From Podarcis filfolensis (Eukaryota): DNA of 64,000 nucleotides. The stretch lies in the NCBI GenBank assembly GCA_964270895.1, contig OZ185440.1; one strand, given 5' to 3'. A model generated the notes under the pieces. That model did no database searches and had not been told where the DNA came from. It saw only the letters and a program-made list of their open reading frames with translations. Shown here piece by piece: positions 33,063 to 48,355 of the stretch (position 1 is the first letter of the stretch; each line of letters opens with the position of its first letter). Both the position numbers and the translations under genes were made by a program.

Positions 33063-34012
33063 ACCTTTGTTTACTGGTCACGGTTAAGAAGAGACCTTAA
33101 CCATGGTCCATGGTTTGGACAACAAGCGAAGCAAAACTTTGGTTTAGCTGCCATCCTGTGCTGACCTAAAAAGCCCAGGGAGAAACAAAGTGAATGTGAA
33201 CTCTCCTTTAGGAGCCAGAACATTTGCATGGTCATGGTAAGTCATGGTCTGGCTTACGATAACATGAGAACCAGACCACTGTAGGCAATACTGAACCAGA
33301 TGAACCAATGGTCTGACTCACTATAAATCAACTTCCGATGTTTCATCAGAAAGTTAAAGAAGAGGGGAAAGTAATCAGCTATATCTAGTAAACCTTTCCA
33401 TATCACAAGTGAGGAAGCCTCTCAATGCCCCTTTCCTCAAGAAAGTGCACTAACGTGGGGGAGAACTATAGCAAAACTGTCTGATTACACTGTTCAACAT
33501 TAGTAGTCATACTAGGCCAAACACTTCTAATTTCCCGTAGTTATTTGCATGATCAGAAATTCTTTGCCCTGATTGGTACTGTACATTCCATATTGCTAAT
33601 TCAAAGCAACCAACAGGCCCATACATCACTCTAATAAATTCATATCTTCTGGAGCTGAAGGCCATTTCTGCAACAGTCAAGGAACTATTTTGACTTGGTC
33701 TACATCACTGACATTTGATGTGTAGTATAACAATAGAATAAAAATGAACTGTAGTAGTAAAAAATGATTGACATTCAATATGATGAGAGGGCAGGAAGAA
33801 ACGAAACTGTGAAAAGAAACGTCATGCTTTAAACGGCCTTTTGCAAGGCATTGATTGGCATGTGTGAAATACATTCTCATTAAGGATAAATTGTAGGTGT
33901 ACAGAAACTAGTAGCAATAATCACTATGTAGATACAAAGTGCTACCAGTGCATGACTGAGTGCTACCAGTGCATGACTTGGTCAACCAGTGAGGACCCCC
34001 CAAACTTACAGT

Positions 34013-34094
34013 GCAATCCTAACCATATCTACTCAGGATTAAATCCTCTTGAATCCAGTAGGGTTTGCTGTCAGGTAAGTGAGGATAGGATTGC
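34013..34094. repeat. Short palindromic interspersed element (~80 bp)
   Basis: GCAATCCT...AGGATTGC termini. Related copies at about 11692-11768, 15035-15105 and 35650-35760. Confidence 0.6.
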
Positions 34095-34228
34095 CACCTT
34101 ACTCTTTTTGCAAAGGAAACGAGCCATACATCACTTTCCATTTGACTAGCAACTGGATTGACAACTACAATTCACCTTACTGCATACAGTCGTCATGTTT
34201 ATATATATGCTGGTTTATATACAGAATA

Positions 34229-34282
34229 TACCCAGAGTGGCTAGGGCAACCCAGTCAGATGGGTGGGGTACAAATAATAAAT

Positions 34283-34317
<35 letters not shown>

Positions 34318-34330
34318 TTACTACTACTAT
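34229..34330 (+). mobile_element. LINE 3' end (same family as 10365) with (TAC)n tail
   Basis: CCCAGAGTGGCTAGGGCAACCCAGTCAGATGGGTGGGGTACAAATAATAAA followed by (TAC)n. Confidence 0.7.
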
Positions 34331-34912
34331 CTCTACAACTGCATGTTAGCCTCTAAATGTCAGAAGAATCTTTATTGTTGTGGATGCACCCAGGACACAC
34401 TATAGCAGCAAACCAGTTTTGTACCATACCATCTTGGCCACATGAAGCTTTCTAAATCATCAGTCTATATACCATACCAGCTGTTGTAAAAGTTGTCTGG
34501 ACAGTGTTCATATCGTTAGTTCCTGGGTTGAGGGGCAGTACTTGAAGAGGGAACTTCCTGTCGAGGGAAGTGGAAAGAGGAAGCCAGTGTGGCATGGAGG
34601 CTGAGGAATAAGCATGTCCCCCTGCCTACTGTACTTAAATAGAACTGTTCCTGTTTAAGTTTACCTGGAGTCTAAGAAAGGCAGCCTTGCTGGGCAACAA
34701 TGCAGGTGGGGTTGGGGAGTGGGGAGAAATTAACCAAAGCATTGTGTTTCATATCTTCATTGTTGACAAGTAATTGTGCTTCACTGCACGTTTGGATTCC
34801 CAGTTTAACGAGAAACGATGCCTGTGCTTATTAACATTGCTGAATGAAGGCCTCCCAGCTTAATCTTTAAGATTAGACTCCATATCCCAGCTCATGTTAT
34901 GTTGGGAGTGTG

Positions 34913-35892
34913 ACAGATAACATTATGAGATACACTTAATTTTAGTGAGCACAAAGGAGGAGAGATGCAGGGAAAGACATTGGTTCCCTCTTAGGTTACT
35001 AATATCTGTGCAGTTCCGTTGGGGTGCATAGCTGCAGAGAGGATCAAGATACATATAAGGATTACAATCTATTAGAGATCTGATATGTAAGAAATTGCAT
35101 TACAAATCCAGGAATATCGAAATCCACAAAACACCATGCATGTCTCATTTGTATGATACAATGATAACCAAAAGATAAGCAAGCAGTGTTGCTAGAATAT
35201 CAGTTTTGAATCCTCCATGTCTCCAAGTCTTAACATTGTTATGCTTTCTTGAGAACTCTCATATACTGTAGAAGAGACTTTAACTTTCACCTGCTCCCTG
35301 ATATTCTCTTACAGCAGGAGCCATGCCTGGGGAGCAGCATGATTTGCACATGCTTGTTAGGAAATTTCCCTTTTCACTGCAGGCACAGAAATGTGCTGTT
35401 GATGTTTCAGAACCTCAGTTTTTCTACTGCTGATGACAAGTAAACCCGTAGAATTTTTTCTTTTGTAAACACAGTCTAATTAAAGGAATCAGGTGTGGTG
35501 TCTGCACTGTGCTAATAGTGACTACAGTATCAAGGAGTCTGCAGTGTGGCAACATGAACACCAGTCCATGTTTCTTGTGACTACAGCACTGGGACATCTG
35601 CTGGCCTTGAATGTCCAGAAGTGAAGGGGAATTCCCCCCTCTGAATGAACCAATGGGTGGTTTTACTCAGCGCAGTCTATAGAGATCAATGGACCTAACT
35701 TATCTACATTCATTAATTTGCAAAGTGTCTACTCTGAGTAAAACTTAGTGGATGGCCACCCATAACCCTTCATTTCCCAGGTTTCATTTTTTTTTAAAGT
35801 AGGAGAACAGATAACATTATGAGATACACTTAATTTTAGTGAGCAGAGAGGAGGAGAGATGCAGGGAAAGGCATTGGCTCCCTCTTAGGTTA
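34913..35892 (+). repeat. Pair of 86-bp direct repeats (34913-34998 and 35807-35892)
   Basis: ACAGATAACATTATGAGATACAC...CCCTCTTAGGTTA, with 4 mismatches in 86 bp. Confidence 0.9.
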
Positions 35893-38800
35893 ATGGACCA
35901 AAACACTGGTCCAAGAAGTTGGAGGGGATTTGGATGGAGCAGAGTTATCCCTGGCTCTGCTAATATCCTGTGGGAAGTTGGTAAAGCAGCCCTGCCATGG
36001 AGGAGCACCCTAATGTAGCTGCCTAAACAATGGGTGGCTACTCGGGTGAAAATTCCAAAAAAGGGCTTTTCAGGGGTAGTGAAGGACTGGATTTTGAGTC
36101 AGCTGTGCTGCTGTCATGTACATGTGACAAGTGATACAGTAAAGAGGCATTTTCCTTGCTCTCTGCACCTTCCACCCTAGCTGGCAAGAGTGGAGGAGCT
36201 GTGGACGTGGCAGTGGCCCACAGCTGCCAATCAGAGGGTTGGGTTGCCAGGCTCATTTGTTTGGTTAGAAAGTAGCTATCTCTGCCTTTCATTGCTTTTA
36301 GCCAACAAATGAAATTGTAGCAATGATTGACATTTAGACAAGCCTACCTAAATGTTTAGGAAAAACTGTATGAGTTTTAAGTTTAAACTTTTTGTATGTT
36401 TTAAATTATGGTTGTAAAATTTTTAAAGTAATAATTTCATTGTTGTATCTTTTTTGTAAACTGCTTTGAGGTGTGTGTGTGTGTGTGTGTCCCCACAATC
36501 AAGCAAAATATAGATTTAATGAAATAAATACATTTAGGGGAGCAGTTCTAGACAATTTGAAGGCCAGAGTGAAACACCTGTTGTTTAGAATCTACAGAGG
36601 TAAAGTCTTCGTTTGTTTTAAAGCTTCTTTTGCTGGTTTCCCTTGGAGGAGAAGTGAATGCTTCCCCACCAAATAAGAGGAGTTCCACTAGAACTAAAAC
36701 TGATAAATATTTGGTGCATGTGTAAACCAATAAATTTCCTTTCCACCATTTCCCCTAAATTTGTATCAGTTTTTGCTGATAAATCTCTGTCTACTAAACA
36801 CATTATTTCAGTCCTTAGTAAGGCCAACAGAGCAAATGAATTCTGAAGAAATCTTTCATTGGCTGCTTGAAAAGAAGCCCCTAAAGAGTTCAAATGCACG
36901 TCAAATAAAACACACACACACATATATATGCGCTGCATATATACCTATGTATAAGTTCTGTGGAGCTCAGTGAACTTACTACTGAGTAGCTTCACTAGAC
37001 TGCAGTGTTTGGAATCCCCCCAAAAATCCTTGTTGTCTGCTGTAAGCACTTTAATAACAACCATTGGTGCCCACAAGTACTCAGCAGCATTGTTATCAAG
37101 GCATATTTCTACAGTAAAATTGAATCTTATTTGTAATTCATAAGTTAAAGTCAGTGCCGGTAAATATAAATGATAGATTTTTAAGTGGTTGAATATTTCA
37201 ACCACTCAGACATAAAACCTTCACAGCTTTTGCAAAGTGCCAGAAAACACAGACTGGAAGTGATGAGAAAACTTCTGTAATCTACTGTAAAAATGTTAAT
37301 ATTCAGCTTTAAACAGGGAAAGAAGGCAGAATAGCTAACAAAATAGACTCGGAAATATATACCATCACCAAAACACAAGAGAGCAAAAATTGAGGCAAAG
37401 CCTCCAAGTAGGTCTAAAACATGCAGGGAAGTTTAAGAAAAGGCACAAAGTGCCCAACAAACTTCAATTTCCATTTCAATTGTGCTTGCATTCAGGCACT
37501 TGCTATACTCCTGGAATAATTCATCAAAGTGAATGAATTTTAAACAAAACACAACTTTTTTTTTGTTTATTGTGTATCCCAACTGTCACTATTTTGCAGG
37601 AAGGATATACCACATGCTCATGCCACAGATTTTGATTTGTGCAATTAAAGTGGACCCCTAGTGCAACAAATCAACTCTTAAAATACATAAATAAAAGTAA
37701 TGGACTTTTTGTGGCTAGGGAAGTGACAGCGTGATGCACTGAAATGTGTGGGACAAAGAAATGGTCAGCAGTGATGGGGGGCTGGAGTCCTGCAACATTT
37801 CATGGGGTGCAACTTCCCCACCTCTGGGCTATATTGGATTTGGCAGACTCCCAGGCTGCACTGAAGGAAAACCTTTCTCATCTGTTGGAGCCTGGAGAAG
37901 CAAGCCAATGAAATTAAAAGAGGAAAAAAAGAGGCGCCTAGTAATTGAAATATTTGCTAAATAAGCACATCTTTAACCATTGGGGGTGGGGAGGGCATTT
38001 TAGTTTAGTTTCTTCTTCTTCTTTGGTCTTCACTGTATATCAGATGTGGTTAGGTAAATGTGAATGATTCTCAGTTGCTGCCTTTTGTTCTGTGTCCACC
38101 TTTTGTTACTCTTTCCCTTTACAGCCATAATACTCCTAGTTGTATAATATAATAGAATCAAAGACTCCCTGTATTGCCCTGTTGGTTCTTTAAACAGGCA
38201 GAGGCAATGATTACTGACCCGTGCAGATAACATCCCTAAAGCATTAGTGCAATGTCTCTTTTGCTTCATTTCCCCACTTTTTCAGTTTTGCGTCTGTTGC
38301 AGATGGTTATCAAAGAAAAGCTAGGGCAACAACACAATCCTAAGACTTGAGAAGAAACCTGCTTGCACAAGATATTATTTTATTGATACACAATGCAAAA
38401 GGAAAATAAGCCCATTCACCAAATAGTCAAGCGCTTTGGCCTCCCCGCCACCCTGCCACTGAGTTTTGTGGTAACAAATTGGCCTCGCCAGCTTTCATTT
38501 CTGAAAACATTTTTGCCTTAAGAAGATCATCTTAATTCCTGTTTTGAATGATTGCTTTTAGATGACACAGAGAAATAAATAGCAACCTATTGTCATTTAG
38601 TGAATGACATTTTTTTCCTGACAGACAAGGCCTAGCCAAAGAAATAGTAAAGTAAGGAATACATAAAATAGCTGCTTAATATGGTTGAGCCTGTGTTGTA
38701 AACCAGCTTAATACATGCTATTCTCTAAAGCCATAGTTGATATGTTGGTTCACTGTTGGGGGTGGGGGGAGATACAACAGCAGGAGTGAAAACACATTCA

Positions 38801-41800
38801 CAGCCAGGAATGTCACTGTAATGGTTTTGGAACAAGCAAGGGCAGACCCACTGTGGAGTTTCATATCCTCTCCAAATATGAAGTTGCTCTGCTTACAAGT
38901 CACAAGAAGAATTTGTCAAAAGTATGACTGCAAGCACAGACAATATTTTCTCTCTCTGTCTCCAATTGAAAAGCAATTTATAATGGGAAATGGGGAAAAA
39001 TTAAGATGCATTCTGAATCTTTCCCTTCTTGCTAACGAATGCAATTGACAATATGTTGATGATGATACATAGAAAAGAAGAGAATCTGATGATCTTCCTA
39101 ATTCGGTACTGTTTCTAAGCACACCTAGAATAAACCTGATGTAAAGGCAAAGTTCAATCATTTGCTTCAGCTACTACCAATGATTTCACACAAAATAATA
39201 TGTGCAATTAGCTGCCAGTTCTATAGGCTGTATCTACACTGTAGTAGTCACTGCGTGATGTGATAAAAATAGCCTGGCATTTGACATGACAACAACATGA
39301 AACCAATTCTTTTTACAAAAATTATCAAAATTATATATTTTATGTACACATATGTGCAGGCACCTTGCTGAGAGTTTCAACATTTGTACCTTTATATCTG
39401 CTAGCCATATTTTCAATTTCTACAGCATTGTAATTACTTTCCCAAATTCAAAGCTTTTAACCGTATTATGAAACCAATTTATCCTTAGATTAAAAGACAA
39501 CTCTTTTTTAGCACCCAACTGTTATCTGTGCCTGCTGTGAAACTGCAGAGAACTGACACTGTTTCACATATACAAACCAAAAGAAAGCACATTAAATTAG
39601 CTGTGCATAAGACTGGGACTGGTAAACAATCATGCACCTAAATAAGAAATCCACATAAAACTATAATTGCAGCATGAAACACTCACAGTAGTAAAGGTTC
39701 ATAAAACTGAGACAAGTTCTACCATCAATAACTCTAATAACACTGCATGCAGGTTCTGGAAATGTGTTGGGAGGTTGGTCACTTAAAACATGTCGCAAAC
39801 TTAATAATGAAATGTACAGTTGATGATTATGTTTATCACATCAGCCCAGTGTAAAAAGATATGACAAGCTCTTCATAATGATTCATTGGTAGACAGAAGC
39901 CTTATTTAGATACTTCATTAGTGTTTGAGGCGGGAACTATGTTACATATGACTGACTGCTTGTAGGCCAGTCAATGTTCTGCTATGGCAATGTCCGCCCT
40001 CCATGTCCTGCTTATTCCCACTTAGAACAGCTGCAGCTCTTATAATGGATGCTAGGTATCAGGTACATACAGTTCAGCTCCCCCACTCAATGTGATCACA
40101 TAATGTTGGAATCTGAGCCACACACACAAAGCCAACTGATTTTGCTATGAAAGCATAAAGATAGATATTTAAAGTGAATTGTTTCCATCGAAAACAAAGT
40201 CGGATCTTTGGTCATATCTTGCAGGGATCTATTTATGTTCCTATCTTCTTTTAACCGGGTAGCAGTTGTTGTAGGTATTAATATACTGCTCAGCATGAAG
40301 CAACTGGATGCATAAAAGCAGAGTCCTTTTAGAATAAAAGTTGTCCAGACCCATAAATGTTATTCAAAGCTTTACTTGCAGAACTTTCTTCAAAACAGAA
40401 CAAAAACAATAGTGATACGTCCAAAACAGTTGCAGGCAATATATTGTGCATGTCCAGCACAGGCCCAGCTTCTTACAAAATCCAAAATAATTATAACACA
40501 CCAAAAATCAGAGGCCCGTCTCTCCACACACAGACTCCATTAGCTTGCGTTCCAGCCTAAGGCTGATTATTCCAGGAGAGGCCTGTTATCACATCCTTCG
40601 CATTTGGTTGCTCATTCACACAAAATGGACACCCATAGATTAACATAGCCATAGAAGGTAATTCTCTCTCTTTCATGTGATTTAGTCAGGCACATGAAAG
40701 AGCAGAGGACATCTACAGTTAATCATCAACCTGTTAAACACTTAAGTGAGGTTTTCTTGATCTTCTTTAACTTCAATGGAATTTTCCATGTCAAACCCTC
40801 AGTAATATACATACAGACATTCTCAATTTCAGTGTGCAATCAAAACAATTATACTTAACATATAGTTACCATATTTTTTTCAATTGGCTTAAAAATCCCC
40901 CCCCCCAACCAATTACCTCCCTATTTTGCCCTCCTACTTCTTTCATCCCAGCAATCTGCAAGATACAAATGCTGGATGGGTAACTCATAGAAAACCCATT
41001 TAGCCTTTTGAATGTGTTAGTATGACAAGCCATGGAAAGATATGAATTTAACTAGAAATTATCTGGGCTGTTAACCATCAGCAATATTAATTCTTCAGAT
41101 TTCATCACTTTCTCTAGAGAGCCATGACAATTTTAGAAGCTGAAGGAGAACAAGACAAAAAAGGTGCTACAAAACTTGCAAATGAACCTCCAAAATTATT
41201 TGCGCATGGCAGCGTTGGTTGTGAATAGGACTGCTCACCTTATGATGCATTTAACTTTATTTGGAGATAAAGGGTTAGATGCAGACCTATGATCAGTGGA
41301 ATTCTGCTTGCACTGGGAAAAGGGTGGCATGGGGGTGATTCTCTAATTTTGCCTTTCCCTGTAGTCCCATTGCTCCTTAAAAAGCTGTTCCTGGTTGGGG
41401 AGGGGTAGAGGAGCCATACAACAGCATGTAAAATGGCACTGGCTGCATGGTGAGGGGGAATTGGTGAAAACTGCCTCCCCCACTTCCTTCAGTGGGAGCC
41501 TTCACTGGATATGGGTTCTTTTAGTGAAGTCAATGAGTCTTTCTGTTCCCAGAAGGGCAAGACTAGATTCAGCCCAAAACATTTTCAATGGAAGGTTTAG
41601 ACAACACACATTTGCTCTTGGTAGCAAAGCCTGGACACCATTTTCTTGAGCAAACTTTGCTTCAGTGTTCATGTTTTAATGCTGACCTAATCAGCACTAA
41701 AAAGGGCTTCTTCTTAAGAACCACTTTCATGAACCTGCAATCAAATGTTCTTGATAAATCTATCTGCTCCTATCGGCTGTGTGCTGAATCCTAAAAGACC

Positions 41801-42778
41801 AGAAAACGTGAGAAGAATAAGGAATCTATGTCTGGCTAAAGATAGGAAAGAAACGTAAATGGGCAGATTAAAGAAAACACAGAGATTCAATTAAATATTT
41901 CTGTAATAGGTGTGGACAGAGCTGAAAACCTTAACTCAATAAAAGTTTTCCACCCTCTTAATTTATTCTCATTCCCCTGCCCCCTTATATTATATTTTCC
42001 AGTATATGAAAGACTCAGAAGAAGGAAACTCTAGAAGACATTTTGACTGAAAAAAAATGTGGGCAGAAAATAAAGTATTTTTTTACACCTGTCACTATGA
42101 CCTAGTTGAGAAATATAGCAAATGCATGCTCCCTTAAGTTGGATTGGCAATGAGCAGGATGGGGAACCAGGCACCCTCCTGACCTTTGGCCATGCTGGCT
42201 AGGGATGATGCGAGTTTGAGTCAAATGACATCTACATGACAAAAGGATCGCCACCTCTGGCAGAGACAGATCACTCTTAAAAAGGGTATGTATCAGATTT
42301 CAAAATAATGTTGCTCACTAAAAGTCCTAATGTGAACAAAGTGTGTAGCTGGATTTTTAAAAAGGCATACAAAAAAATTTAAACAAAAGATTCCAGGGTC
42401 CAGTTATGTATCATCCATGTTAGAAATCTGGACTTTTGACTGATCTATGAAGTGACTGGGATGATCCAAAGAAAAACTACATTGCCTTCCATACAGCCTG
42501 CTAAAAATGCTTCTGCGTGATGCTTATATTCATTCATTCATTCATTCATTCATTCATTAAATTTATGCCCCATTTCCTCCCCTTGGGACTCAGGACAGTA
42601 TAAGTAGAGAGCAGAAGTGTTCTTGACACGTTCCTTATGGCCATGACCCAGGAGCTGGGACTATACACAAGTCTTGTTCCAGTAATGTAACCACATACAA
42701 GCAATGCATGGAGGAAAAAGCCAGAGCTGTACTTGCTGGCCCCACCCTCAGCCATCACGTCAGCTGCAGAATTCTGTA

Positions 42779-43019
42779 TAGTGGTACCTTGGTTTACAAA
42801 CTTAATCTGTTCCTGACGTCCATTCTTTAACCAAATCTATTCTTAAACAGAGGCCCGCTTTCCCTAATAAGGCCTCTCACCGCCAGTGCCCTTCCACCAC
42901 TTGGCTTCCGTTCGTACACCGAGATAGAGTTCGCAAACCAGGACACTACTTCTGGTTTTGCGGAGTTCGTAGACCAAATAGTTCGTAAACAGGACTGTTC
43001 GTAAACCGAGGTACCACTG
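42779..43019. mobile_element. pogo/Tigger-like MITE
   Basis: TIRs (T)AGTGGTACCTTGGTTTAC / GTAAACCGAGGTACCACTG, flanked by a TA TSD. Confidence 0.88.
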
Positions 43020-46000
43020 TATATAAGTTCTGTGCCTGGAATCTTGCCGTGTATAGAGCATATTGCGCATATGTCTGTAATGGGTGCATGCTCTGTGCTG
43101 ATGTCCTAATCGATATACAGATATCAGGGACATTGCCAGCAGATGCCATTCTACCGTCTCTCCCCTGTCCCTGCACACCACACAGTGTGATTGTATGTGG
43201 ACATGATAATCTGCAGGTTATGACCATCAAGGCCTCCTCTGATGAACTATCAAATGGGTCAATACAGGGGAAGGTGTTCCCTCAGGTAACCTGGACCCAA
43301 GGGCTTGACATGTTGTGGATTTGATGCGGCACAAGAACATATGCGGATAATTTTGGGCCTTGGAGACTCACATGTAATTGTGGGGGGGTTTTTTGGGGGG
43401 GAGGCCAGTGGCTTCTAAATGGTCTTAGTATGTTAACTGCCTTGCTAGATTAAGAATATTAATATCATGAACTCAGAGAGGGATGAAAAAGAAAGAAGGG
43501 AAATGGGATACTAAGCAGGGTTGTGTGTTTTTTAAGGATGCGGCAGATAAAAGAATGCAGGAAACCTAAGCAGAAAAAGAGTGAGGAAAGAATAAGTAAG
43601 ATGGAAATAGACATGAGACAACATAATGCAATGGGGCCAAAGAATGATAAAAATGAATGTGTAATAATAATAGCAAATTATATTTACAATAATAGATTCC
43701 TTTTGCCACAGTCATGTCTGCTTTTGTGGAAGAGACCATATCTCTGTGGCTGAGTGTTTAATGTGCTTTTTAATTCCTTCTGATGTTTGTAAGCTGTTTC
43801 CAGTCGTCTGACATTTTTTAAATGCAAAGGTTTTTCTTTACGTATAAATAGCACAAGGAAATGATGGAAGTTATCTAAATTACAACCACCCAAATGTGCG
43901 ATTCTATTACCTACCATGTCAACTCTTTCCCTTAGGTTGAGGAATAGTTTTGAAAATTGAATCTAACACTTGGCATTCTGATGAGAGACAGGAGCTGTTC
44001 ATTCGTCCTTGGGGTGGCTGCAGGTGTGTGTATGTGTGTTTGTGTGTGTGTGTGTGTATAAGTTTGGAGCAATTCTGCTGTATCTTATCTGCAGCTTTAG
44101 AAGTCAGCTGAGAAACACAGATGCTTATAAGTGGGTTAAAACCATCCTTCTTTTGTAACAATCTATTCAGAGTATCCAGAAATTATAGCCTACAGGGTCA
44201 AAGTAAATTCTTTCTATTAAGAAGAAAATGGCCTAACACGCTTTGTGAATGCAAATAGTTAGCAGACAGATGTAGCCCTCCTGGTGGCTCTTTTGTGTTA
44301 GCTTCCACCTGAAGCAGTTTCTTAACCTCTAGGTCTCCTACCCTATTAACCTGTTTTATGGAAGAAAGGGTGAGGGTTTTTCAGGCTCCCAAGTATTCCA
44401 AACTTCTAGGGACATGAGCAAGCATGATTATTGCATGGGTTTGCCAAACGGTACCTTGACATGAGAGGTGGATAATTTATACACCTCTGCCAATGAGGAC
44501 AGGTTGTATCCTCCAAATTTCCTCTAACAAGTATGTGACGATATTCACAGTCTATGCTTCCCAGAATAATTTCTGCTGAAGCCAAACCTCAGCAATTTGA
44601 CAAAGGCTGACTGCCTTTTCTTTCACGTAACAAATGCATTATAATGATGGATCTTGTACTCTCCATATTTTATGTGGGCATGCCCTCACTTTACTTACGA
44701 AGGGTCAGGATTCACTAGAAAATGAACCACAGATATATTATTTCTATTAACTCATTCACTGGCGGCGGGGGGGGGGGGGGGAAGCATAGGACTACTTCAG
44801 CCTAATCTTTATCAGATGGGAAGCGTTTTGCTGGAAAAGCAGTCTATATAACTTTTAAAGATGAAAACAGTGCAATTTGAGGGATAAAGTGTCAAAATGA
44901 TTTTGAGCGGGATTTATTCTGTGCCAGCCTGAGGTTTCCCACATGACAAAATACTTGTTTGATGTAACAGCATCAGTTGGAATGAGATTTCTCCTGCCTG
45001 TCTTTTTTTCTTGCTATCTATGATCAGCAAGCAATTTTGAGACAAGATGAGGACACACACAGAGAACACCAAAACATCTATCTCAACTCTTGTTTGCTGG
45101 GGCTGATGGGAGTTGTAGTTCAGCCACATCTGGAGGGCCCTAGGTTTCCCACACTTGCTGTAGGTTCTTCCAGACTACAGAAACTGAGTTCACTCTGTGG
45201 GCTTCCATGACACTCTTACTTGGGAATGGTTGCCTATGACAAATCAGGATTCTGAGGCAACAGGATCTGCTTCTCTTGTCTGTTTTGATTCCCTGAGCAC
45301 GCATGCTTTTATTTTTATACTTTGATAATAGTTGGGTCAGGTTTATTCATACTAGAACCTAAAATGTCATCACACTAATAAGCAGAATGTAGATATAACA
45401 TAGCACATCATATCAAACCCATTTAAAAGCTTACACAGAGGGTGTAGTCCATCAGATATAATAATACATGTAAATGATAACAGAATTTTTGACCAAAATA
45501 CTACTCAAATCCCAGTCACAGTAAACATGCTAGGCCAAGAAATGTGCCACAAAGCCACCAAGTGTACAGATAAGATACTGTGCCTTGCCCCCCAAAAGTG
45601 TAATGCTAATATATTATATACAGCTGAAGTTGCTAACAGAGAAACACTCTCTGTTACTCAAAACAAAGAAATGCTATGCTAATAGCTCTAAACAAAATGT
45701 TCATCTAAAGTGTCTTTATGCCTTCCTTAAAATATTTCTGTTACTGATATGCTCAAAAATCTACTACTCTAAAGCAACAAACATGCACCAATCCTGACAT
45801 AAGCGATTTGGCTTGTCTCAGAATTTTGAACAACATTGCAAGAGTCATAAAATGGATCATTTTGTTACCATGACTGTAGCTAATGCCAGTAGCTAGATCA
45901 CTCTTACTGTGCAGATGAAAGCCCAGCAAATTTAACATGGGAAAAGATAAATCAAAGCCCTCAAAAAGCCATTAAGCCATAAGTGTTAATTTCTTTGGTT

Positions 46001-47171
46001 AAATCTTTGCTCCATCACCTTGTTATGTATGAATCATTACCTAAAGGTAAGGAACTAGTGCTTGAGATATATGGGAATCACACCATTATATCTTCCTGAA
46101 TAGGTCAGCTTCCTTTGCTTTCAGAAAAACTGCCTAAATACAGTTGCTATCTTAGGAAAGGCTAAAAAAAGACAACTATACAGAGAAGGGGAGAGGGAAG
46201 AGTAGAGACGGATTACTTGGAAATCAGAAATCCTGACGTATTTCAAAAGGATCTCATTGACTTTTCAGAAACGCTTTGAACAATTGCTGTGGCCACTGGG
46301 GTACCGTAATGATATACCCTATTATAAAATGGAGTGCTAAGTAAATGTAGGAGTGGAAATTTAGCAATTGGTCGTTTAATGGCTGCAATTATGGCAAAAG
46401 AATAATGAACCTATTAGAGAAGAGAACTGGCAATTACTCTAAGGCTTATTGCAATACAGCTGTGGAAGAAAAGTAATACAGAAGCATGCTTAAAAATGGT
46501 TATTAAAGGGGAATAATGCATTCTGTTTACTCTGACAGAATGGATCTTTTCAGAAATAAAAGCGGGTCTTTTTGATGATCGGGCATCGAGGCTTAGATGT
46601 GATGAATCTTACTATTTAAAAGTAATATATTTTCAGATATTCTTTTTCAGGCTTAAATTATCCCTAGCCTGTAAAATGGAAAGATTTACAAGCAAATACA
46701 GACAACAAAGATGTAAAAGCAGTAGTAGAAGCCACCAAACAGTGCTCAGGGAAATTTTCAAATAGACCCACACAAATATAAAATGTCTCCAGTTTCTCAT
46801 TTCAAGCAAAGACAAATGAGAAGCCCCAAACCGTTATGAAGCCCACTGATGTTCTACATTAGTGAGCCAAGTATATTTTTATTTAGCCCATTAAATATCC
46901 GAATGACATGTGCTATTAGGACTTGCAATGACAGCAAATTGGAACTCAGAGGAAGGCAGGAGAATAGATGTTTCATTGGATCAAACCAAGGCCAACCAAA
47001 TTAGCATCCTGTTTCCAACAGTAAACTGCAAGATACCTTTGGAAACTCCAGGCAAGGCATAAAGGCAATATTGTAGCTCAAAGTCGAGCATCAGTTTTGC
47101 ATGCAAAAGATTCCAAGTTCAACTCCCAGCATCTCCAGAAGAGACCCTTGTCTCTGTTAAAGAAAATTCTG

Positions 47172-47673
47172 GGTTGAGAGACTACTCAACAGCACAGCTC
47201 GTCAGGGTACAAGTCCCCCATGGGTCCATGCAGTCAGTAAAAGAAGGAAATTCCAGCCAGGCAATTTGGAGCAAAACAGCAGTCAGTAGACTTAGATCTT
47301 TTATTGTTGTGCAGCAGGTTCCAACAGCAGTAAGAACCCAGAGCATGGGGCGACATTGACTTTTAAAACTTCCCACAATATCCCAGAATACAGTTCGTAC
47401 AGCATCATTGATACATCATCTTTACATCACTGACATGTCACCAAAGGGGAGGGGTAGACAGGGGTTACACTAGTTCAACCTTGGCAAACATGTCCAGTCA
47501 AATCCTTGGTACCAGATTAGCATAAGCAGACATGTCAGGGCAAGACCTAGGTATAAGATTAGCATAGGCAAACACCTCTGAAGTCCCACCACCCAAAGTA
47601 CAATAGAACTACCTTTGCATGTCTGGACCCCTAGGCAAGTCTGGTGGTGGGATTAGGCTTTCCTTGGCGAACA
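47172..47673 (-). mobile_element. Candidate solo LTR (~500 bp)
   Basis: Minus strand begins TGTTCGCC and ends CTCTCAACC(C), with AATAAA about 140 nt from that end. No clean TSD, so boundaries are uncertain. Confidence 0.4.
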
Positions 47674-48355
47674 ATCAGCTCAGCAATTGTCACCTCTGGG
47701 CACTTCCTGGAGTCCCTTTTTCAAGGGCGAAATAGTGTTGGAATGGAGGAAACTGGCAAAGGAGTTGATTTTATATGATTTTTAAAGCTATGTAACTTCC
47801 CTGAGCTGTCGAGTTGAAAGGATATGTTCAGGCATATGTTCCTATGTTCCTTGTTTGTCACCAGCTTCTTGAAAACAAAGGCCTACTACCTCTGATGGGG
47901 GGATCCTATTTCCCTGTCATGACCAATAGCTACTAATATTCTCCATGATGAGGCATATTGCTCTGTTGCAGCAGTGCAAACATTACAGTGCATGGCATGA
48001 GAGGAGGAATAGGAGTTGATATGTTGTCATTAATATTCCATAATTGTGGGTTAAGAGACACACAGAATAACGGAGGTATCTCGAAATCAATGGAGAACTG
48101 TGATCTTAAGGAAAATACTGCACTGTCGACTTTTTATGTTGTGATCTGAGCAAGAATGCGTGCTCTCCCAAACAGCATCCAAGGAAGGGAGAGAACACAG
48201 TTAACCTCATTATAACACATCTCATTGGACTTCCTGTGGGTCTATAGCAACCTGCAGCTCACACGGTGAGATCTGGCAATCAGTTAAAAGGTGGCATTTG
48301 CCACCATGGCAAATCTGCGTTTGCTGTGTTTGTTGCTGCATAATGTGTAACACAG

